Shown: one piece after another, positions 20,493 through 28,859 of the stretch | Numbering within the stretch: position 1 is the first letter of the stretch | Layout: every line of letters begins with the position of its first letter | NCBI GenBank assembly: GCA_963765895.1 | Contig: CAVXZB010000071.1 | Span: 1-28,859 of the forward strand | Origin: an uncultured Nitrososphaeraceae archaeon | Lineage (GTDB): Archaea > Thermoproteota > Nitrososphaeria > Nitrososphaerales > Nitrososphaeraceae | DNA: 28,859 nucleotides | Reading direction: 5' to 3' | Notes under the pieces: model-generated | What the model saw: the letters and a program-made list of their open reading frames with translations, nothing else | Database searches by the model: none | Told to the model about the DNA's origin: nothing | Position numbers and translations under genes: made by a program

Positions 20493-21591
20493 TTACAGCA
20501 AATTCTTTACATACAAGCGATTACTCATTTCATCGTATCCAAGATCTTTCATAGTCATTACCTTAAATCCATTATCGTGTAAGTATTTCATCTCTGCATT
20601 AAACAGATCAATATTTGTGCTCGATCTAGCCAAATTATTACCTATATTATGATATGCAATTAATGGAATGGCGTTTATTACACCGCCACCATTATTATTA
20701 TATTCAGATTGGCTATTTACGACTTGTATAAAGTTATTGAGTATAGCAGTGCTATTGTGATCAAATTTCATATCCTTGGCGTTATGGTTCCATTCTCTAA
20801 TGGAATATCTATTTGCATCAGTAATGCTACCATCATCAAAAAATGTTCTGCAATCCGTCTGATGTCTTGGACTAGTAACTAATGCGGCTAATTCACCCCT
20901 TCCTACACTCTGTGGATTTGCTTGGTCTTCATATCCAGTACAATTTAATCGCATCAGGTTCGAAAAACCATTAACTGCCATATCATAGTATTTTGCAACT
21001 GTGTTTATTACCGTAGAATTTGATACTGCATTTCCGTGCCGAACCGCAAAAGTCGTAATGGTTGCAGGATCAATTCCATGTACTGATAAGCATTCCTTTG
21101 GTTGACTAACTTCAGAATCCAATTTATCACGAGATAGATCAATCAGATTATCATCACTTTTAGCTTGAATGTCGTGTCCCTCATTGTACAACGTCTTGAT
21201 ATCATTCCAATCCATTCGTGAACTCTTACCTACCATATCGCACGGTACAAAAAAAACTTCCTTTAAAGCCGTACTGATCCAATATAGGCTTTACATTTGT
21301 AAATTGGCTTTTGTGAATATCGCCAAATGTTAAAATGACTACCTTGTTTGTAACTTGCTTTTGATCTTGCGTTACTTTATTATTATTATTAGTGATGACA
21401 TCATTTTCGGCATTGTAGTTACGAAAAGTGCTTGCCTTTCCTTTAGCGTATAGGATATTATCAAGACCGTTGTGATTAAAAGTGAGATTAGATGTAGGAG
21501 CAAATAATAAGATGAACAAGATCATTCCATAGAGTATTGATGGATGAGGCTTCAGTGATCCGAGCAGATTAATTCGTATTTGCAAGTACAA
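20493..21591 (-). pseudogene. Secreted NodB/CE4 polysaccharide deacetylase-like protein, one frameshift
   Basis: Signal segment, KVVILTFGD..KSQF...KPILDQYGFKGSFF, shift in the A7 run near 21250, then MDWNDIKTLYNEGHDI...IAYH...EMKYLHDNGFKV. Confidence 0.88.
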
Positions 21592-22100
21592 TTACACATT
21601 CCTTAATTTATTAAAGAAGTTAAATGTATAAAATCTATTTTAATCTTCCAAAAGTAAATTCTATAAGTAGGATCAGTAATTCGAGAATCATATTTGAGCG
21701 CTTGAATTTGTAATATGGACATTAATCGGTGACATCCTGATGTTAAAACTAATATTTCCAATTTGTTCGGTGCAATATTATCGATATTATTATTTTCTCT
21801 GATTTTATATAGTTGCTGCCTGAAAGTAATATTAACTAAAAGGCTTAATTCACCGGGTATTGGCAATTTAACAATTTCTACCCCATTTACAGTAAGGCTT
21901 TTTGATGTTTTTATATCCTTAATAGTGACATTAGCACTCAATCAAAGTGGAGATTTAAGTAAGCGATACTGGGCAATAGTAACGATGACCATTCAAGATC
22001 TCTGAGAAGTCTGTGTCAATTAGGGTTCCAGTGATATCGTTGTTACTCCATATAATAGGTAGATTCCGTTGATTCGAGTCAGGGCAGGAAGCCGGGTAGT

Positions 22101-22420
22101 CTAATTCTATGAACCGTAGAAAAGCGATCATGAAATTAATTGACGATTGTGTGTACATCATATATGTTATAATATATGCCTTTGGAAAGAAACCTCGATA
22201 CATAAGACATACTGGTCTTTAGAAATATTACGAGTTTAATAAGAAATTTCTGAACGCAATTTACAAACAAGTAATGCAGAAAATATGTCATATTGAGTAC
22301 AATTATAGAGTACATATAGTAACTAGGTTACTTAACAGTTACTAACAACCGTAGTGTACCGCACTTAACATAATGACGTAGAGTTTGTCTGCAATGGCAA
22401 TAATTATCGAATGAGGAGAA
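22101..22420 (+). repeat. Diverged dispersed repeat, copy 2 (partner about 1975-2271)
   Basis: See copy 1. Conserved block at 22341-22365. Confidence 0.85.
22109..22345 (+). other. Small ORF with one in-frame TAG, copy 2 of the duplicated element
   Basis: MNRRKAIMKLIDDCVYIIYVIIYAFGKKPRYIRHTGL*KYYEFNKKFLNAIYKQVMQKICHIEYNYRVHIVTRLLNSY*; TAG at 22220-22222. Confidence 0.7.
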
Positions 22421-22841
22421 AAATGTAAATGAATAGTATTATTAATGCCGTAACTAGTTTACTAGGAGATAGTTACTTCCTTTACTTAGCTGTTTGTCTC
22501 TCATAGTCGTATGCTTGAGACTACTTCTATTATTGGAGAAAAGACCCTGTCAAAACAAGATGTTATATTTTGAAATAATGCTTCGATTGACTTGCTGTGA
22601 AGTTTAGGTGCAAGCAATTTCCTCTATAAAAGTTATGTTATCACTCGGATCCTCTCCATTCTTTACTGCTCTAGGAATCCACGTAATTGATCAATTGTAA
22701 TTACTGTGGGAAAGATTCTAGGAAGACGTAACTAATGTGCTAGTTCATGAACTAACAGCAATAGAGATTGACGTAAATCATAGACTCATTTAGAATTAAA
22801 TAGATATTAGTGGATAACCTAGTGCGAGTTGATGAATAAAG

Positions 22842-24368
22842 ATGCCTAGTCTAGGTGAGGAAGAAAAGGAAGAAGAGAGCCGTAGCTCAGGATGGAAAAT
22901 ACTAATCATCCTGAAGCTGCCCTAGGACTTATCGTTATGTTTGACGAGACTATGATTTTGCCAGCCATTCCGGATTTTATTCATAAATTTAATATCTCAT
23001 ACAGCACATCATCTTGACTGCTGTCTGCCTATATAATTGCAGCAGCAGTTATGACGCCAATTGGAGGGAAGCTGTCTGACATCTATGGCAAGAAAAAAAT
23101 ATTGCTCATAATAATGGCAGTCTATACAGTTGGTATCTTGGCAGGACGATTTGCTACTAATATAGAATTTATGCTCGCAGCAAGGGCAGCGCAGGGAGTC
23201 GGAATGGCTATGTTCCCGATTGCATTTGGAATCATTAGAGAAGTACTCCCTGAGAAAAGACTTGCGATAGGCCAGACTATATTTACCTCGACTTTTTCTG
23301 GGGGCGCGGTAGTAGGTCTGGTTGGTGGTGGAGCCATAATCCAAAATTTTGGCTGGCAGGCAACATTCCTGGCTATTCTTCCTGCTCCGAATCGTACTCT
23401 GGTTTATAATAGCAAAATTCATACGAATTGCCGATCCCGCATCAATTGATACTGGAATTAAGGTTACTAATGATGATAATAACATAAAATCCGGTACTAA
23501 AATTGATCTAAAAGGAACGCTGGCTCTAGCAGCCACGATAATCACATTTCTGGCTGGTATAACCCTACTTGAAGGCAATAGTTACGGTGAAGTGTACAAG
23601 GTTATAGGACTCTTTATTGCGTCTGGAATATCACTCACAGCATTTGTAATTATTGAAAAAAGAGTGTATTCACCCTTGCTTGATTTCAATTTAATGAGAA
23701 ACAAAAGTTTCCTGGCTCCAACTATTATTCTAATGCTGGTATTTATGTCTATTTTCATGGTGTACCTGACGATCCCTATCATGGTAAGAAGTCCGCATCC
23801 ATTTGGATTTGGAGGCAATGCAATTACAGTCGCAAGGGTACAGTTGCCATTTATGACTGTTCTATTAGTTGGAACAATCATGTCAGGCTTTATTTTAAAT
23901 ATAGTCAAGAATACTAAGCTGATGCTATTTGGCACCGCAATCAGCACGATCGGATTCTTTGTCCTACTGTTATATCATTCCACCGAAAATACAGTTTCTA
24001 TTGGACTTGCCATACTCTCTGCGGGTCTATCTCTTTCGATTACAGGCGCATTTAACTTAATACTTCTTTCAGTGCCCATACAAATGACTGGAATCGCATT
24101 GGGAATGACTCTGTTACTCAACCTTGTTGGAATGTCAGTGGGGCCTGCCCTTTCTGGAGTGTTCCAGGAGGCATATAAAGGAACAGCGCCTGGAATTATT
24201 GGCCTTTTCCCAACTGACCATGCGTACAACTTGATATTTATCACTGCAGCACTAGTGTCAATAGCATCTGTTGCTATGGCACTTTCTGTATCAAGAACAA
24301 GAATAAGAACATCCTCGACAACAATTTCTAGCGACCAGCGAGAGCAGAATGAAAAACGACATAGTTGA
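22842..24368 (+). pseudogene. MFS transporter (DHA2/14-TMS type), disrupted
   Basis: ATG 22842 MPSLGEEE..SSGWKILII, shift near 22915-22922, LGLIVMFDETMILPAIPDF..SYSTSS*LLSAY (TGA 23015-23017 where Trp is expected), GKLSDIYGKK motif A, second shift near 23385, stop 24368. Confidence 0.9.
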
Positions 24369-24391
24369 TTATAAAATCAATATAAATACTA

Positions 24392-25339
24392 GACTATGTA
24401 GAAAACATCATCAATATTACAAGATTAGTCAGTCTATGCATATTGTAGGTGATACATCTAAATGATAACTCTCTGTTCTGCATTCTAGTCAATCTAGACA
24501 TAAGATGCTCTCCAAATAGTCGTTTTATAACTGATATTATGGTTTCATCTTTGTTTCGTTGATTGTACAGCAATTTGGAGTAACCACGCTTCATCTGCTT
24601 TCTGTACTTACCATGTGTTCTCCACATCGGTACATGTTCATATCGAGCAGGAATAATACTGAATGCATGTAAGTCCTCTCTTACGAGAAGGTGATTATCT
24701 TCACTATCGTAACCCTTATCAGCTGTAACTACAGATAATGGAAGAATATTTGATGTCCTTGTTATAATTGGCCTGAAATCTACATTATCATGCCTTGTTG
24801 GAGCTCGTCTTATCTTAATTGTACATATGATTTGTTGTAATACATCTACTCCAATAGATAATTTCGCATATTTTCTTCTCAATTCTGTTCGATCAGTATA
24901 ATATTGTGATGCATGAGTTATCTTAAATCCTGTTGAATCTATTCCTGCAAAGATATGCTTGGTACCACTAATTACAATGAATGACGAAATTATCTTTTCA
25001 AGCAATGAATTATTGATTCTATCTGTAAACTTTTGCAATGTTGTAAAATGAGGAATACGTGACAACCGTAGAAATGACCTTAGGTAATAGGCTTCAATTA
25101 ACCACTCGACAAACATTCTATAACTCTTACCTTCATACTGTCGTATAGCAACTAGAACTATGTGTTGCCATATTGTAAATATGTGATTACTTTTCCTGTT
25201 AGAAAATAGAGGAATCCTTGCATGCTTCAAAACACGGAACATAGTACCTGCAAGTCTGACGTACATTGATTCTTTCAATAGACTATTGGTATTATACTCT
25301 TACAAAGCTTTGACTGTATGAGATGGTTTCTACACAGCC
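24392..25339 (-). mobile_element. IS5-family element (ISH1-like), copy B, 948 bp
   Basis: Terminal IRs GACTATGTAGAAA (24392) and TTTCTACACAGCC (ends 25339); 8-bp TSD AAATACTA at 24384-24391 and 25340-25347. Confidence 0.95.
24394..25278 (-). CDS. IS5-family DDE transposase, intact
   Basis: 294 aa with IPHFTTLQKF, IDSTG (D1), ADKGYD (D2), YNQRNKDET..S.IKR (Y-R-E-K motif). The stop codon lies inside the terminal IR. Confidence 0.95.
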   Translation of the reverse strand: MKESMYVRLAGTMFRVLKHARIPLFSNRKSNHIFTIWQHIVLVAIRQYEGKSYRMFVEWLIEAYYLRSFLRLSRIPHFTTLQKFTDRINNSLLEKIISSFIVISGTKHIFAGIDSTGFKITHASQYYTDRTELRRKYAKLSIGVDVLQQIICTIKIRRAPTRHDNVDFRPIITRTSNILPLSVVTADKGYDSEDNHLLVREDLHAFSIIPARYEHVPMWRTHGKYRKQMKRGYSKLLYNQRNKDETIISVIKRLFGEHLMSRLTRMQNRELSFRCITYNMHRLTNLVILMMFST

Positions 25340-25738
25340 AAATACTATAAAGGTTACTGCAGAAACTATTGATTAGAAAGCTTACACTGGTTATTATGTC
25401 GCAAACATCAGCTCAGATAAGGATTGCTTTCTTATCTGATAGATTCAGAAAAAGACCAACACAAAATTATACAGACATTATTTGTCGATTAAACTATAAT
25501 CAAAACATGTTTAAACATTATCACTTGTGATCAACTGATGGTAGAGGACGACTGAGGTTAACTTATGGACTTGAAGTTGATAATGAATGGCCTCACACCA
25601 GAAATAAGAACCCATGGATAAACATCTTTGGGACTCTTCCGATCAAGTGAAAAGAAGCAAAGTTATTGATAAATTAAAACGTGAACTCATAACTCGAACC
25701 CCTTTATGACAAGTGTACATGACTGTAGTTCACCATAA

Positions 25739-26110
25739 AGTCTACTGAACCTAATGGAATCTGGCTTGCTATCTGAATTAAAACATAGGCAACAAAGAAC
25801 AACTCAATTAAAGACATGGGTTTTTGCTAGTGCTAATGATGCAGACAAATTATTACCTCAGTTACTAACAAGGTTTACAGCCACTCATCTTAAACCCTAT
25901 ACTAAAGAGGAATTTGTAGAAATTGCTGTTAATGTCTTGAATAGAGATGAAGGAATCGAGATAGAAGTGGCTAAATTTATAGCCGAATTAGTATTTGATA
26001 AATTGAGCTCAAATATTAGGGAATGTGTCAGAATTGCTAGGTTGGCGAACAATGACATTATAAAGGTTCAACGAATTGCTGACATGCTGACGACTTATGG
26101 TAATAATTAG
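25739..26110 (+). pseudogene. C-terminal half of an AAA+ ATPase
   Basis: SLLNLMESGLLSELK, WVFASAN (sensor I), LLTRF (Arg finger), NIRECVRIARL (sensor II). An in-frame TAA immediately precedes it and no Walker A/B is seen upstream. Confidence 0.8.
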
Positions 26111-26496
26111 ATGAGGTTGTTAGCTACGATCCAATATTATCTGCGAATAACGATAAGACTTTTCATGAACAAATTGATCTGGTATCATTAGCTCTTAATC
26201 ATATCTGAACATAACGAGAGGTCTTTGTCTTCAATATTGTACATCATTAGTTGTTGATATATAACATTAAAGGCAGGTCCAAATAAAGCGGCTAGTTTGA
26301 TATGGGCCGAAAGGGTTGTGAATCAAATTTGACTTAATTTCGCAGCTCCTAAAATTACATATAACTAATTGTAGAGATAAGTAGTCTTTCTACATTTTCT
26401 TCATTTCTTTTATATTCCAACTACATTAGAAGATTTTTAGCCCAAAATTTTCAACTAGAGTTAGGCTTTTCCATAATAATTTATAAGGGTAATCCT

Positions 26497-27089
26497 TTGG
26501 AATATATGAAATCAAGGACAAATGAAATTCTGAATATGTCAGATCCTAACGTGATTACTGCTTATTCATGGGCGGCAGGATTATTGTTTCAACAGGAATT
26601 ACCTCCTTCTTTGACAGATGTGAAGAAAAGGGCAGAGTTAGTAATTGAAATGAACACACAGTTAATCCAGGGAGAAGGCACCTCTGCAGGTGCAATATTG
26701 ATGGATTTAGACAACAATGAAAAAAGCCATCGTTTGAGTAATATATCTAAGGTAAGTGTGTCTTATTTAACTGAGCAATTAGATGATATGATAAGAAAGA
26801 ATATTCTATTACGCCTTTGGACTGGTTGCATTGACGCAGCCAAGGCAATTCGTTTCACTTATGTGGCTGGGCTTAGGGAGGGACAAGTAATTGAAGCTCC
26901 TATAACTTTAGAATACCGACAAAGTATATTTACTTTGATTGATCTTTTATCCAAAACTGATTTGATATATAAGGCAGGAATAGAAGCACTCCTGCCTATA
27001 AAAAGATACTAGAACAACATTATTCATTTAATGGGGTACCGCTAGATTCTGCTGTGAGAAAATATCCGAATGAATATCTAAAAAAATGA
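26497..27089 (+). CDS. Hypothetical protein, probable C-terminal frameshift
   Basis: 171-aa ORF (start may be ATG 26506, with TTTATAA at 26480-26486). Another frame continues KILEQHYSFNGVPLDSAVRKYPNEYLKK* to 27089. Confidence 0.65.
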
Positions 27090-27421
27090 TTGATATATTA
27101 TATATCTAATCTAATTTGTTCAGAGCACATACAGAATGTAATAATTGCGTATTAATTTGAATTGAACTCGTTTATAGGTAATCTGTTTTCTCAGTTTTTG
27201 TTATTATTGTTGATGATGTTGCTAGTTCTCCTTTTTTATTCAGGTCATTCAAGAAACTTTATTCGATTTTTTCCTCTATTAACAATAGTATTTAATTATA
27301 ATGGGATTACGGCAACCAACCAATATAATGCAGAGGGGCCACTAAGCGTGTATAGACTTAAGTTGATGACGATCATATTATAATGAGTTAGTATCTTTAT
27401 TAGATATTGACCCCACATACA

Positions 27422-27975
27422 TTAACTATTACTATGCACCCTATTACTACTATATTTTTCATAGTGAACCAATGCATCTATATCAATCCTTTCAAGCTTT
27501 TCAGGTTCTTCTGCAGGATAGCCTATACAGATAATACCTATGGGTCTGACGTCTTTCGGTAATTCAAGTATTTCTGATACTTTATTGTCTTGAAATGCTC
27601 CGACAAAGCAAGCACCAATTCCCTCATTTACAGATAAGAGCAGAATAAGCATAGAAGCGAAAGCACCGTCTATTATGCTGTAGAATTGTCTTCCACGGCT
27701 ACCATAACGGCCTACCGAGCGAGAAGTATTAGAACACACTATAATTAATAGAGGAGCTTTTTCTACATATTTCTGGTTAACAGCTGCTTTTCTTAATTTC
27801 TTCTTTGTTGAAACATCTTTTACTATTATAAATTCCTGAACCTGTGTATGACCGGCGCTAGGAGCTTTATGGGCTTTTTAATTAGCTTTGTAATTATTTG
27901 ATTTGGAATTTGTTGCCTATCCAAATGGTACTCTCGTATAATCTTTCTTCTTTTTACAACTTCATCAAAATCCAT
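27422..27975 (-). pseudogene. Nitroreductase family protein, two frameshifts in A-runs
   Basis: ATG 27975 MDFDEVVK/RRKIIREY..IITKLIK/AHKAPSAGHTQVQEFIIVKD...QKYVEKAPLLIIVCSNTSRS...IDGAFASMLILL..VNEGIGACFVGAF..PIGIICIGYP. Confidence 0.9.
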
Positions 27976-28294
27976 AGCTATAGATTAGATTTGTCTAATA
28001 TCAAAATTTTTTCCTCATTTCTCTCAGATACATTTGATTTCTCAGCACTTTTTGTCTGTTCGGGCTTAGGTCAATTCATATCTGATATTGCAAAAGACTC
28101 TACAGGACCATGAATGGTTAGGTTTCCCCTTGTTTTCAATTAGAATTCATTTCTCCATTGAATTTGATGTTACCATTTGGAAATTATCATTCCCCTTTCA
28201 TGTTTAATAATGCAATAGGAGTATGACTTTCTCACTAGTCCTACTTTTTGTGTTTGTGCACTAGGCTTAATTTTTATTATTATAGTATGAGCAG

Positions 28295-28859
28295 TCAGAT
28301 ATAACTACACAATAATATTAAGTGAGAGACTATCAATATAGGAACAGCTCTAATTGTAGAAGATTTTTGATAGAAATCTGTAATAATGTATCTTAAAAGT
28401 TCTCCAGCTTTCAAAGTCTTCCCCTCACTGGCAAGGAGATTTATTGCAGAGCCTTCCACTGTATTTCTTTTTATTTGATATTTACTATAGTCTTTTGAAA
28501 GCCGTTTAGTAAATATCAGTTGCTCAAGCGGTACATTCCTTTCCTTTAGAATCATTACATACTTTTTGAAAGTATCCTTAACTTTTGGCATTAACGCTAT
28601 TACTTCATTAATGATATTACCGGTAGCGATAATTTCTAGTATTTCATTTTGGAATTTAGAAAGAGGCGTATCATGTCTTCTTGCTTCTATTCCTCTTATT
28701 TTCAATTTGTTACCATCTTCAAATGCACCAAAGTAACGATTTGGAACTGGCAAAATATCATTTGTTTAGAACTAACAAAGACGATCGATTTGTAGATACC
28801 TTCAAACGATACTTTAAACCCTGTTTGCTCTCTATGGTTTTATTTAATTGCAAATAGTC
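28295..28859 (-). pseudogene. C-terminal part of a family B DNA polymerase (PolB2-like), partial and frameshifted
   Basis: Across frames: DYLQLNKTIE/QTGFKVSFEGIYKSIVFVSSK/NDILPVPNRYFGAFEDGNKLKIRGIEARRHDTP..FQ.E..L..TKRLSK...Y..G..LRYIITD. NRYFG and K.RGIE.RR.D are PolB palm/thumb motifs. The usual YD..Y tail is missing. Confidence 0.85.

Noticed and set aside
21955-22203. Minus-strand ORF as the true product of the duplicated element
   Set aside because: The homologous frame in copy 1 has two TAA stops, and the frame has several stops just upstream in copy 2. The plus frame explains the substitutions better.
22217-22222. CTT-TAG as a prfB-like +1 frameshift site
   Set aside because: Downstream conservation is in frame 0 in both copies, so no shift is needed.
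18470-25339. Composite transposon bounded by the two IS5 copies
   Set aside because: Each copy has its own distinct TSD and the copies are clearly diverged, so they are independent insertions.

Overview
AT-rich accessory region, most likely from a soil ammonia-oxidising archaeon (Nitrososphaerales-like). That assignment is inferred from gene families (patatin/DUF3734, NodB-type deacetylase, RTX-repeat protein, LpxD-like acyltransferase, PolB2-like polymerase, ISH1-like IS5 elements) and TATA-type promoters, not from a marker gene. Intact genes: a secreted repeat protein, a GH1 glycosidase, a SAM methyltransferase, a DASS transporter and one IS5 transposase. About a dozen other genes are broken by indels or stops, probably a mix of long-read error and real decay. 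Three visibly GC-richer, bacterial-type redox genes (Zn alcohol dehydrogenase, cNMP-domain thioredoxin-reductase-like protein, muconolactone isomerase) lie in the first 9.3 kb. Two related IS5 copies have clear terminal IRs and 8-bp target duplications. Several gene relics are missing from the ORF track (VOC, zf-TFIIB, a second deacetylase). The most unusual item is a ~300-bp element present twice, 20 kb apart (about 1975-2271 and 22101-22420). It encodes a small protein whose codon-level conservation continues through an in-frame TAG shared by both copies, and it ends in a near-invariant 25-nt block. No rRNA, tRNA or CRISPR array was recognised.
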